Position numbers and translations under genes: made by a program. Below, piece after piece: positions 38,064-47,065 of a stretch of DNA of 64,000 nt. Source of the DNA: Flavobacteriales bacterium (GTDB taxonomy: Bacteria > Bacteroidota > Bacteroidia > Flavobacteriales > BACL11). The stretch lies in assembly GCA_002705205.1 (NCBI GenBank), contig PAHP01000012.1, positions 42,615-106,614 of the forward strand, written 5' to 3'. A model generated the notes under the pieces. That model saw nothing but the letters and a program-made list of their open reading frames with translations, had not been told where the DNA came from and ran no database searches. How positions within the stretch are numbered: the stretch's first letter is position 1; the number at the start of each line of letters is the position of its first letter.

Positions 38064-39317
38064 ATGAAAAAAAGAAGAGTGGTTGTTACTGGAATAGGGG
38101 CGCTAACTCCTATTGGTAATAATTTACATGATTATTGGGACTCACTAATAAAAGGAGTTAGTGGCGCAGCAAAAATCACTCATTTTGACTCTTCAAACTT
38201 TAAAACACAATTTGCTTGTGAGCTTAAGAATTTTGAAGTAACAGATTTTATTCACAGAAAAGAGGCTAGAAAAATGGATCCTTTTTGCCAGTATGCAATG
38301 GTAACAGCCGATGAGGCAATAAAAGACTCTTGTTTAGATGTAGATGAAATTAATAAGGAAAGGGCTGGGGTTATTTGGGGCTCTGGAATTGGGGGGATGA
38401 ACACATTTCAACAAGAAACATCAAATTTTGCCACAGGAAGTGGAATTCCAAGATATAGCCCGTTTTTTATTCCTAAATTAATTTCTGACATTCCTGCGGG
38501 ACACATTTCAATTAAATACGGTTTTAGAGGCCCTAATTTCACCACTGTTTCAGCTTGTGCATCTTCAACAAACGCTCTTATAGACGCATTTAATTATATT
38601 AAATGGGATAAGGCAGATATATTTATTGCAGGAGGGTCTGAGGCTTGTATTTTTGAAACAGGAATGGGTGGTTTTAATGCAATGATGGCACTTTCTACTA
38701 GAAATGAAGATCCTAAAACAGCATCTCGTCCTTTTGATAAAGATAGGGATGGTTTTGTTATGGGGGAAGGTGCTGGGGTATTAATCTTAGAAGAGTATGA
38801 GCATGCTAAAAAAAGAGGAGCAAAAATTTATGCAGAATTAGTGGGAAGTGGATTAACAGCAGATGCTCATCATATTACGGCGCCACACCCAGAAGGTCTG
38901 GGCGCTAAAAATGTAATGAAATTAGCAATTGAAGACGCTGAAATAGAGACAACAGAAGTGGACTATATAAATGTCCATGGAACATCCACCCCTCTTGGCG
39001 ATATTGCGGAGACGAAAGCAATAAAAGCACTATTTAATAATCATGCATATAATATGAATATTAGCTCTACAAAATCAATGACTGGACATTTATTGGGTGC
39101 TGCTGGTGTAATTGAGTCAATAGCCTGTATAATGTCCATAAAGAACGACATAATTCCTCCAACAATTAACCACAAAACAAAAGATCCGGAGATTGATGAA
39201 AAGCTTAATTTAACATTAAATAAAGCACAAAAAAGAACAGTAAATTATGCTCTTAGCAACACTTTTGGTTTTGGAGGACATAATGCTTCTGTATTATTTA
39301 AAAAACACGCACAATAA
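38064..39317 (+). CDS. fabF: Beta-ketoacyl-ACP synthase II
   Basis: 417 aa with active-site Cys in TVSACASS, plus HGTSTPLGD and GFGGHNASVLF. Confidence 0.97.
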   Translation: MKKRRVVVTGIGALTPIGNNLHDYWDSLIKGVSGAAKITHFDSSNFKTQFACELKNFEVTDFIHRKEARKMDPFCQYAMVTADEAIKDSCLDVDEINKERAGVIWGSGIGGMNTFQQETSNFATGSGIPRYSPFFIPKLISDIPAGHISIKYGFRGPNFTTVSACASSTNALIDAFNYIKWDKADIFIAGGSEACIFETGMGGFNAMMALSTRNEDPKTASRPFDKDRDGFVMGEGAGVLILEEYEHAKKRGAKIYAELVGSGLTADAHHITAPHPEGLGAKNVMKLAIEDAEIETTEVDYINVHGTSTPLGDIAETKAIKALFNNHAYNMNISSTKSMTGHLLGAAGVIESIACIMSIKNDIIPPTINHKTKDPEIDEKLNLTLNKAQKRTVNYALSNTFGFGGHNASVLFKKHAQ

Positions 39318-39382
39318 GACGAATTAGATCAATACTTTCAAACTTCTTTTGTAATAAAAAAGAAGAATCTTTTTTAGCATCA

Positions 39383-39991
39383 TTGTTAGGTTTTTATTCA
39401 ACCAATGAGATATATCAAAGAGCATTTATTCATAAATCATTTAATCAAAACACAAATAATGAGAGGTTAGAGTTTCTTGGAGATGTGATTCTGTCTTTTG
39501 TGGTTTCCGATCTTTTATTTTTCGATAATAAAGAGGAAGAAGGGTTTTTATCAAAAAAAAGAGCAACAATAGTTGGCAGAAAACACTTAAATTTAATTGC
39601 AAAAAAAATTATACCAGAAACAGAGATTAAAACAAATCTAAAGAAAATTCCTGAAAACATATATGGAAACACTTTAGAGGCCTTAATTGGAGCGATATAT
39701 TTAGACAAAGGAATACATCAAACTAGAGGTTTTATAAAAAAACATATTTATAAATCAGAGTTTTTACAACAACTAAAAGACATAGACTACAAAAGCAAGT
39801 TATTAGCTCTTAGTCAAAAAGAAAAAATACAAATTACTTACAGGCTAGAAAGACAAAAAGGACCAGATCATAATAAAGAATTTTTAGTAGCCATTTTAGT
39901 TCAGGACAAAAAAGTAGCGGAGGCAAAAGGGAATTCTAAAAAGGAAGCAGAGCAGAATGCGGCTAAAAAAGCGATTAAAATTGTATTTTAG
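39383..39991 (+). CDS. rnc: Ribonuclease III (N-terminus probably extends upstream, see findings)
   Basis: ERLEFLGDVIL signature and a C-terminal dsRBD (GPDHNKEF...GNSKKEAEQNAAKKAI). The track start is TTG 39383, but the frame is open from 39302 with homologous-looking sequence. Confidence 0.9.
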   Translation: MLGFYSTNEIYQRAFIHKSFNQNTNNERLEFLGDVILSFVVSDLLFFDNKEEEGFLSKKRATIVGRKHLNLIAKKIIPETEIKTNLKKIPENIYGNTLEALIGAIYLDKGIHQTRGFIKKHIYKSEFLQQLKDIDYKSKLLALSQKEKIQITYRLERQKGPDHNKEFLVAILVQDKKVAEAKGNSKKEAEQNAAKKAIKIVF

Positions 39992-39996
39992 CGTTA

Positions 39997-40416
39997 ATGA
40001 AAACACATCACACCCTACATTGCACGCAAGAGTATGAGTTTATTACGTTAGCAATTAATAGCCATAGTAGGGGGTATAAATTATGCTGGAACCTAAACAA
40101 ATCACTTGGCCTAAGCTTTAAAATGACGGATAATCACATAATATCTAAAGAGTTAATATTTACAAGATATGAGGCAAAAGATGATGATGGACGATCATTT
40201 AATTTATTACCAAACCTTTCTAAAAAAGGATATTTAATTCCATCTCAGAGTCGGATAAATTACTTCTTATTAATTAACAATAGTAACTGGGATAATATAA
40301 AAGATAAATTTTTAAGCAAATTAAGAGCAATAAATGATATACTTTTGGTGCGGGAATTAGATGTAGAAAAAATCAAAAATAGCGATAGACTAATAATATA
40401 TGATAAGAAAAACTAA
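39997..40416 (+). CDS. IPExxxVDY-family-like protein of unknown function
   Basis: 139 aa in the rnc-to-pyk position where I recall this family in Bacteroidota. It contains the variant motif IPSQSRINY. Its end overlaps pyk by 17 nt. Confidence 0.55.
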   Translation: MKTHHTLHCTQEYEFITLAINSHSRGYKLCWNLNKSLGLSFKMTDNHIISKELIFTRYEAKDDDGRSFNLLPNLSKKGYLIPSQSRINYFLLINNSNWDNIKDKFLSKLRAINDILLVRELDVEKIKNSDRLIIYDKKN

Positions 40417-41815
40417 AATAATAGCAACCGTTGGCCCGTCTACATCATCAAAAATGATGTTGAAAAAACTAATACTTAAAGGGGTAAATGTATGTAGACT
40501 AAACTTTTCACATTTATCACACGACAAAGCAAAAGAAATCATTTCAAAAATAAAAGAGATAAACCAAGAGCTACATGTGCACACTGCAATATTAGCTGAC
40601 TTACAGGGACCCAAAATTAGAGTTGGAGATTTTGAAAAGCCAATAAAACTTACTAAAGGAGAGGTGGTACTTTTTAAAACAAAAAAAACAAGAAAAAGTA
40701 TATATATTAATTATAAAAACTTCGCAAGAGATGTAAGTGTAAAAAATAGAGTTTTGCTTGATGACGGAAAAATAATTCTTGAGGTCATGCACACTAACCT
40801 GCAAGATACAGTTAAATTAAAAGTAGTATTTGGAGGTATGTTGCAATCAAGAAAAGGAGTAAACTTGCCAAATACAGAGATATCACTTCCCTGCTTAACA
40901 AATAAAGATAAAGAAGATTTGGAGTTTATTTTATCAGAAAGAATAGAGTGGGTTGGACTTTCGTTTGTAAGAAAAGCTAAAGACGTATCCTTACTTAAAA
41001 AGATAATTAAAAAAAGGAAACTAAATCATAAGGTAATTGCAAAAATTGAAAAACCAGAGGCAATTAAAAATATTGATTCAATTATTAATGTTACTGACGC
41101 CGTGATGGTTGCTAGAGGTGATTTGGGCGTCGAGGTTCCTCCTCAAAAAGTTCCTGTATATCAAAAAATGATAGTGGGAAAATGCATTAATAATGCAAAA
41201 CCAGTTGTTATTGCCACTCAGATGCTTGAAAGCATGACGGATTCCCCAACAGCAACAAGAGCAGAAGTAAATGATGTGGCAAACTCGGTTATTGATGGTG
41301 CTGACGCCGTCATGCTTAGTGGAGAAACTTCCATAGGAAAATATCCATTAAAAACAGTTGACACTATGCGAAAAATAATAAGAGACATAGAGGGGAGTGA
41401 ACATAATATTTCAAAAAATACAGAAGAAAAAACCTTACTTAAGAGTAATAGACTACTTTCAAATGCGATTTGTTCTAATGCATGTGTTATTGCTGAACAA
41501 ATAAAAGCCAAGGCAATTATTACAATTACCTACTCGGGTTTTAATACCATTAAAACATCTAGCTTTAGGCCTCATGCGTTTATTTATGCATTTACAAATA
41601 ATCATACTATTTTAAATACATTAAGTTTAGTTTGGGGGGTTCAAGGTTTTTATTATGATAGAGGAACAACAACAGACCAAACAATTAAAGAAACAAAAGA
41701 GATATTACAAAAAGGGAAATATGTTAAAAAAGGCGATTTAGTAGTAAATTTAGCAAGTATGCCAGCGCAAGATAGAGGAACTACAAATATGATGAAGGTT
41801 AGTAAAATAAAATAA
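40400..41815 (+). CDS. pyk: Pyruvate kinase
   Basis: 471 aa with TKIIATVGPS, NFSHLSH and MVARGDLGVEVP. Confidence 0.95.
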   Translation: MIRKTKIIATVGPSTSSKMMLKKLILKGVNVCRLNFSHLSHDKAKEIISKIKEINQELHVHTAILADLQGPKIRVGDFEKPIKLTKGEVVLFKTKKTRKSIYINYKNFARDVSVKNRVLLDDGKIILEVMHTNLQDTVKLKVVFGGMLQSRKGVNLPNTEISLPCLTNKDKEDLEFILSERIEWVGLSFVRKAKDVSLLKKIIKKRKLNHKVIAKIEKPEAIKNIDSIINVTDAVMVARGDLGVEVPPQKVPVYQKMIVGKCINNAKPVVIATQMLESMTDSPTATRAEVNDVANSVIDGADAVMLSGETSIGKYPLKTVDTMRKIIRDIEGSEHNISKNTEEKTLLKSNRLLSNAICSNACVIAEQIKAKAIITITYSGFNTIKTSSFRPHAFIYAFTNNHTILNTLSLVWGVQGFYYDRGTTTDQTIKETKEILQKGKYVKKGDLVVNLASMPAQDRGTTNMMKVSKIK

Positions 41816-41819
41816 AAAA

Positions 41820-42866
41820 ATGATTAATACAGAATTATTAGCGGAGATTTGTGAGGTAGCAGGTGCTCCAGGACACGAACAAAGAGTAAGGGATATTGTA
41901 CTAAGAGAAGTAAGGCCTTTGGTGGATGAAATACGAATAGATAATTTAGGAAATCTAATTGCAATTAAAAAAGGCTTGGAAAGTAAAAAAGTGATGATTG
42001 GTGCTCATATGGATGAAATAGGTTTTATAGTAACACATATAGATGATAATGGGTTTATTTATTTTCATACATTAGGAGGGTTTGATCCAAAAACACTTAC
42101 AGCACAACGAGTGATTATTCACGGGAAAAAAGATGTTGTCGGCGTCATGGGAAGCAAGCCTATTCATTTAATGAATGCGGCAGATAGGGCCAAAGTACCT
42201 ACAATAAAAGACTATTTTATCGATACAGGAAGAAGTAAAAAAGAATTAGATAAATTGATAGGTGTTGGGGATACGATTACTAGAGAAAGAAAACTTATTG
42301 AAATGGGCGATTGTATTAATTGCAAATCGTTAGACAATAGGGTGTCTGTATTTATTTTAATAGAGATGTTTAGAGAAATGAAAAAGAAACCCCCATATGA
42401 TGTTTATGGGGCGTTTACAGTTCAGGAAGAAATAGGCATTCGAGGAGCAAACGTTTCTTCAATGGATATTAATCCTGATTTTGGTTTTGGGCTAGACACA
42501 ACAATTGCCTGGGATACCCCAGGATCTACAAAACAAGAACAAGTTTCTGCTCTTGGTGAGGGGGCATGTATTAAAGTGATGGATTCCTCTACTGTTTGTG
42601 ATTATAGGATGGTAAAATACATGAAAGAAATTTCTAAAAATAAGAAAATAAAGACTCAGTTAGAAATTTTGCCAGCCGGGGGAACTGACACTGCTGGGAT
42701 TCAAAGAATGAACCCAGGGGGTAGCATTGCTGGAGCGGTTTCTATACCAACCAGGCATATTCATCAGGTTATAGAGATGGTACATAAAAAAGACGTTAGA
42801 GCAGCTATAGATTTATTAAGAGCTAGTGTAGAGAATTTAAATACCTATAACTGGAAATTTAAATAA
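41820..42866 (+). CDS. M42 family metallopeptidase (glutamyl aminopeptidase/FrvX-like)
   Basis: 348 aa with GAPGHEQRVRD, GAHMDEIGF and FTVQEEIGIRGA. Confidence 0.9.
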   Translation: MINTELLAEICEVAGAPGHEQRVRDIVLREVRPLVDEIRIDNLGNLIAIKKGLESKKVMIGAHMDEIGFIVTHIDDNGFIYFHTLGGFDPKTLTAQRVIIHGKKDVVGVMGSKPIHLMNAADRAKVPTIKDYFIDTGRSKKELDKLIGVGDTITRERKLIEMGDCINCKSLDNRVSVFILIEMFREMKKKPPYDVYGAFTVQEEIGIRGANVSSMDINPDFGFGLDTTIAWDTPGSTKQEQVSALGEGACIKVMDSSTVCDYRMVKYMKEISKNKKIKTQLEILPAGGTDTAGIQRMNPGGSIAGAVSIPTRHIHQVIEMVHKKDVRAAIDLLRASVENLNTYNWKFK

Positions 42867-42872
42867 ACAATT

Positions 42873-43208
42873 ATGAAAAAACTATTATTTGTATTAGCGT
42901 TTACTTTTATTGGGGGGCAATCATTTTCACAAATTTATCTTGTCACATTATCTGATAATGGCATAGGGAGCTGCTCTAATCAAGAAATACTTCTTACTAA
43001 AATTCCCCCTGCAGGTCCGGCAACATACATCTGTATCCCAGAGAGTATTGAGTTTGGGCTTGTTCCATTAAACCAAGAGCTTAATAATATTATAAGTTTG
43101 GGGTATAAATTAATTGCAACTAACAATGGAACAACTGATGCTGCTAGTGGCTTAATTAATGAAGAAACTATAAACAAAGGAACAACATTTTATTTTGCCA
43201 TTCCTTGA
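42873..43208 (+). CDS. Signal-peptide domain of a small T9SS cargo protein, ended by an in-frame TGA
   Basis: 111 aa with signal peptide MKKLLFVLAFTFIGGQSFSQ. It ends FYFAIP-TGA, and the same frame continues into a T9SS CTD. Confidence 0.6.
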   Translation: MKKLLFVLAFTFIGGQSFSQIYLVTLSDNGIGSCSNQEILLTKIPPAGPATYICIPESIEFGLVPLNQELNNIISLGYKLIATNNGTTDAASGLINEETINKGTTFYFAIP

Positions 43209-43496
43209 AGTGCAAGTGGTCTAGAAGAAGTTCCTACGACCCTAAAGAATTTTATCATAAGCCCTAATCCTGCAAATACCTTTGTAGATGTTTCATTAGA
43301 TTGTTCCTTAAAAGGAAAAAGTGAAATTGTCTTTATAAGTGAAGCGGGGTATATCTCTCACAAAGAAAGTATAGGCAATATTTCTAAAAATGAAAAATAC
43401 AATATAGATATTTCTAAAATTCCTACAGGAAAATACCTTGTAACAATCGTTAATGGTAAAACCTACACCACTCCACAAAAATTAATTGTTTTATAA
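43209..43496 (+). pseudogene. T9SS type-A C-terminal sorting domain coding segment with no start codon of its own (in frame with 42873..43208)
   Basis: The hand translation gives 95 sense codons: ...FIISPNPANTFVDVSL...[35 protein letters not shown]. It is in the same frame as the upstream ORF and contains no internal stop. Confidence 0.7.
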
Positions 43497-44504
43497 AGAG
43501 GAGAATTGTTTTAGAAAACGAACATCATTTTCAAAAAACAGGCGCAAGTCGTTTATTCCATATTTTAACATAGCAATTCTTTCAATCCCCATTCCAAAAG
43601 CATATCCGCTATATTTATTGGAATCAATACCACAATTTTCTAAAACATTTGGATCAACCATGCCGCAGCCTAAAATCTCTAGATAACCGGTATATTTACA
43701 AACATTACAACCTTTACTACTACAAATATTACAACTTACATCAACCTCAGCACTTGGCTCTGTAAATGGAAAATATGAGGGCCTTAGCCTGATTTTTGTT
43801 TTTTCTCCAAACATTTCTTTTGCGAAATATAAGAGCGCTTGTTTCAGATCAGCAAAACTTACATTTTCATCAATATACAACCCTTCTACTTGGTGGAAAA
43901 TACAATGAGCTCTTGCTGAAATCGCCTCATTTCTATAAACTCTTCCAGGAGAAAGAGTCCGTATAGGGGGTTTATTATTATTCATATGCCTTACTTGAAC
44001 AGAGGAGGTGTGTGTTCGTAATAACAGATCTGGATCAGTTTGTATAAAAAAAGTGTCTTGCATATCTCTTGCCGGATGCTCTTCTGGTAAATTTAATGCA
44101 GAAAAATTATGCCAATCATCTTCAATTTCTGGCCCTTCGCTGATAGAAAAACCAATACGATTAAAAATATCTATAATCTGATCTTTTATTAGTGAAATAG
44201 GGTGCCTACTACCTAAATTATTTAAAGCAATAGGTCGAGTAAAATCAATCTGCTTTCTTTTTTCTTCTGCTTCAAAGCTGCCCTTAAACTCTTCTACTTT
44301 TTCTTGAGCATTTTGTTTAAGCATGTTTATTGCTTGACCAAACTCTTTTTTACTTTCATTAGGGATGTTTTTAAATGCAATAAAAAGCTCATTCATTTTA
44401 CCCTTTTTACCCAAAAACTTTAAACGAAAAACTTCTACTTCTTCTTCAGAATTAGGGCTAAACTCCTTAACCTCCTGTAGTAAATCTTTAACCGTTTCTA
44501 ACAT
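43491..44504 (-). CDS. pheS: Phenylalanine--tRNA ligase subunit alpha
   Basis: Class II motifs ([36 protein letters not shown]). I prefer the start at ATG 44504 (MLETVKDLL...). The track's GTG at 44540 adds 12 residues with no homology. Confidence 0.95.
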   Translation of the reverse strand: MLETVKDLLQEVKEFSPNSEEEVEVFRLKFLGKKGKMNELFIAFKNIPNESKKEFGQAINMLKQNAQEKVEEFKGSFEAEEKRKQIDFTRPIALNNLGSRHPISLIKDQIIDIFNRIGFSISEGPEIEDDWHNFSALNLPEEHPARDMQDTFFIQTDPDLLLRTHTSSVQVRHMNNNKPPIRTLSPGRVYRNEAISARAHCIFHQVEGLYIDENVSFADLKQALLYFAKEMFGEKTKIRLRPSYFPFTEPSAEVDVSCNICSSKGCNVCKYTGYLEILGCGMVDPNVLENCGIDSNKYSGYAFGMGIERIAMLKYGINDLRLFFENDVRFLKQFSSL

Positions 44505-44518
44505 TGTAATAAATTGTA

Positions 44519-44526
44519 TATCTTTG
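44519..44526 (+). promoter_or_regulatory. -7 promoter box TATCTTTG upstream of the 44556 lipoprotein gene
   Basis: Exact TAnnTTTG match 29 nt upstream of ATG 44556. Confidence 0.35.
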
Positions 44527-44555
44527 CTTGTATAAAACACAAAGAAACAATAATT

Positions 44556-44933
44556 ATGCTAAATAGAATTTTTAAAACTGTAATATTAGGAGTTTTTTCA
44601 TTACTGATTATAACTTCAATTACATCTTGCAAAAAAGCTAAAGATACAATAGGCGTAATTATTGTAAAAGATGCAAATGGATTAACCGTTCCAGGAGCCT
44701 ATGTTACACTTCATCAGGATTCTTTAATAAGCCCTCAGGGAAACTATACGAACTCGGACTTAAAAAAAACAGACTATACAGATGTTAATGGGAGGGCAGA
44801 GTTTACGTATGAATTAGAGGCAATCTTAAATGTTGAGGTTCGAAAAACTGACGGAAACAATGTTTATACAGGCTCTAATATTATTAGACTACTTAAACAA
44901 AAAACCGTAACTAAAGTTGTTGAAATCAACTAA
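44556..44933 (+). CDS. Small lipoprotein, carboxypeptidase-regulatory-like beta-sandwich pattern
   Basis: 125 aa from ATG 44556 with lipobox ITSITSC, plus [16 protein letters not shown]. The track's TTG start at 44514 lies upstream of the promoter box. Confidence 0.5.
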   Translation: MLNRIFKTVILGVFSLLIITSITSCKKAKDTIGVIIVKDANGLTVPGAYVTLHQDSLISPQGNYTNSDLKKTDYTDVNGRAEFTYELEAILNVEVRKTDGNNVYTGSNIIRLLKQKTVTKVVEIN

Positions 44934-45249
44934 GGTACTTGAGAATAGCCTCCTTTATTAGATTTTCTTGATTTTCTGCAGACAAGCTCATTAATGGTTT
45001 TAATTCTATATAATGAGGCCACCCATCATTATCAACACTATCAAATTTATAATAACCGAAAGAACTTAAAACCTTACAAGTTCCTACGTGTAGGACATTA
45101 ATTTTCTCTTCTCTATCATATTGCTTTATTCCGAAATTAAGCTCTTGAACACCAATTAAATAAAGAATCCCTTTTAATGTCATCTCTTCTCCAAACTGAT
45201 CCTCAAGTTTATCAACAAGGCTCCCCCATTTTTTCTCTAAACTATCCAT
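44926..45249 (-). CDS. Hypothetical cytoplasmic protein
   Basis: 107-aa ORF with no signal peptide and coding-like composition. I did not recognise a family. Confidence 0.45.
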   Translation of the reverse strand: MDSLEKKWGSLVDKLEDQFGEEMTLKGILYLIGVQELNFGIKQYDREEKINVLHVGTCKVLSSFGYYKFDSVDNDGWPHYIELKPLMSLSAENQENLIKEAILKYLS

Positions 45250-45282
45250 AAAGCAAAAATAAAGTTTAATATCTTTACAATC

Positions 45283-45795
45283 ATGAATTATCTAGATATT
45301 ATTATAGCTGCACCAATGTTATATGGGCTAATAAAAGGGTTTTTCAATGGTCTAATAAAAGAAATAACAGGGCTTTTAGGTTTGTTGATAGGCGTCTATA
45401 TTGCTATTAATTTTTCAACATATCTTTATCCAAACTTTACAAAGGTTTTGGCTGGAAATGAGAAGTTTATTCCAATAATTTCTTTTGCTACTCTTTTTAT
45501 TGTTAGCTTAATGGTAATTAGACTGCTAGGTTATTTTTTGGATAAAATCACTAATTTTTTAGCACTTGGTTTTATAAGTAAGATCCTTGGAGCAATTTTT
45601 GGAGGACTAAAAATAGTGGTAATTTTAAGTTTTATATTAACGATTGCAGGTCAGTATGAGTTTATTGAAAAAAATACAGAAAAAGAATCTGTTTTGATAG
45701 ATCCATTGAAACAAATATCAGAGATTATTGTGCCTGAGATACACAAACATAAAACCACTATTTTAGACAAAGCAAAAAAACTAAAGAAAAACTAA
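45283..45795 (+). CDS. cvpA: CvpA family membrane protein
   Basis: 170 aa, starting MNYLDIIIAAPMLYGLIKGFFNGLIKE, with 4 TM segments, typical of CvpA. Confidence 0.8.
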   Translation: MNYLDIIIAAPMLYGLIKGFFNGLIKEITGLLGLLIGVYIAINFSTYLYPNFTKVLAGNEKFIPIISFATLFIVSLMVIRLLGYFLDKITNFLALGFISKILGAIFGGLKIVVILSFILTIAGQYEFIEKNTEKESVLIDPLKQISEIIVPEIHKHKTTILDKAKKLKKN

Positions 45796-45805
45796 AGAAT
45801 AAAGA

Positions 45806-46996
45806 TTAATTTTGAATAGCGGTAATTCCAGGCAATGGTTTGCCTTCTAAATACTCTAGCATTGCACCGCCTCCAGTTGAGACGTAAGAAACATCTTGAG
45901 CAAATCCAAACTTTTTTATAGCAGCAACAGAATCTCCACCCCCAACTAATGAAAAAGCTCCATTATTTGTTGCAAAACAAATTGCTTCTCCAATTTTTTT
46001 AGTTCCTTTTTCAAACTTCTCCATTTCAAAAACACCCATTGGCCCATTCCAAATAAGAGTTTTTGATTCCTTTATAGTTTTAGAGAACTCTGTGATCGAC
46101 TCTTTACCAATATCTAACCCCATATACTCATTATTAATTTCAAAAATATTTGATGTATTTGTCTTGGCATTATTATTAAAACTATCTGCATTTAAAGAAT
46201 CAGTCGGAAGTAATAAACGAACAGATTTCTTTCTAGACTCTTCTATAAGCTCCTTAGCTAATGATATCTTCTCTTCTTCTACTAGTGATTTTCCAACCAC
46301 ACCTCCCATTGCTTTTATAAATGTATAAGCCATTCCACCGCCAATAATAAGATTATCAACAGTATTAAATAAAGCTTTTATAACATCAATCTTACCCGTA
46401 ATTTTTGCGCCTCCAATAATTGCAGTGAAGGGTCTTTTTGGGCTTGCCAGTGCTTTTTCTAAAGACTCAAGCTCACGGCCTAACAAATACCCAAAATACT
46501 TATTTTTAGGAAAGAATTTTGCAATTACAGCCGTCGAAGCATGTGCCCTATGAGCGGTTCCAAAAGCATCATTGATATAAATATCAGCAAGATTAGCTAA
46601 TTGATTAGCAAAACCAACATCTCCCTTTTCTTCTTCAGCATAAAAGCGCAAATTTTCTAAAACTAGCACATCTCCATCATTCATTTTATTTACATCTAAG
46701 ATTGTTTTTCTGCCAATACAATCGGAACTGAAATAAATATTTTGACTTAATAATGCAGAAAGGTGACCTACTATATTATTTAATGAAAATCTTTTTTCAA
46801 AACCCTTTTTAGGCCTTCCAAGGTGAGACATAACAATAGCTCTTCCTCCATCAGCAATAATCTTTTTAATTGTAGGAAGTGCAGCAACAATTCTGCTATC
46901 ATCCATAATAGTGTAATTATCATCTAAAGGGACGTTAAAATCTACTCTAACTAAAACACGCTTTCCTTTTAATGATACTTGATTTAAGCTATTCAT
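45806..46996 (-). CDS. pgk: Phosphoglycerate kinase
   Basis: 396 aa with RVDFNVP, MSHLGRPKG-like, NDAFGTAHRAHAST and GGGDS. Confidence 0.97.
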   Translation of the reverse strand: MNSLNQVSLKGKRVLVRVDFNVPLDDNYTIMDDSRIVAALPTIKKIIADGGRAIVMSHLGRPKKGFEKRFSLNNIVGHLSALLSQNIYFSSDCIGRKTILDVNKMNDGDVLVLENLRFYAEEEKGDVGFANQLANLADIYINDAFGTAHRAHASTAVIAKFFPKNKYFGYLLGRELESLEKALASPKRPFTAIIGGAKITGKIDVIKALFNTVDNLIIGGGMAYTFIKAMGGVVGKSLVEEEKISLAKELIEESRKKSVRLLLPTDSLNADSFNNNAKTNTSNIFEINNEYMGLDIGKESITEFSKTIKESKTLIWNGPMGVFEMEKFEKGTKKIGEAICFATNNGAFSLVGGGDSVAAIKKFGFAQDVSYVSTGGGAMLEYLEGKPLPGITAIQN

Positions 46997-47030
46997 TTTG
47001 CAAAAATATAATAAATGCTAAAATTCACTA

Positions 47031-47048
47031 CAAATTTATTTACATTTG
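47031..47048. promoter_or_regulatory. Back-to-back divergent -7 boxes (pgk leftward, holB rightward)
   Basis: CAAATTTA (47031..47038, reverse complement TAAATTTG) and TACATTTG (47041..47048) are separated by 2 bp. A further minus-strand box, TATTTTTG, lies at 47001..47008, only 4 nt from the pgk ATG. Confidence 0.35.
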
Positions 47049-47065
47049 ACAGAAAGAAATTTTTA

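Noticed and set aside
43206-43260. Selenocysteine insertion at the in-frame TGA
   Set aside because: I could fold only a weak 4-bp GGTC/GACC pairing with a 16-nt loop downstream of the TGA, nothing like a bacterial SECIS hairpin. No selenoprotein-type context is visible in the window. Checking the full genome for selA/selB/selC would settle this.
42873-43496. Genome-wide TGA reassignment (for example TGA read as Trp or Gly) as the explanation for the in-frame TGA in the T9SS cargo gene
   Set aside because: TGA works as an ordinary stop elsewhere in the window. dut ends at TGA 8028..8030 right after its natural C-terminal GGFGSTGVK motif, and the flippase gene ends at TGA 8459..8461. No other housekeeping ORF in the standard-code track is fragmented.
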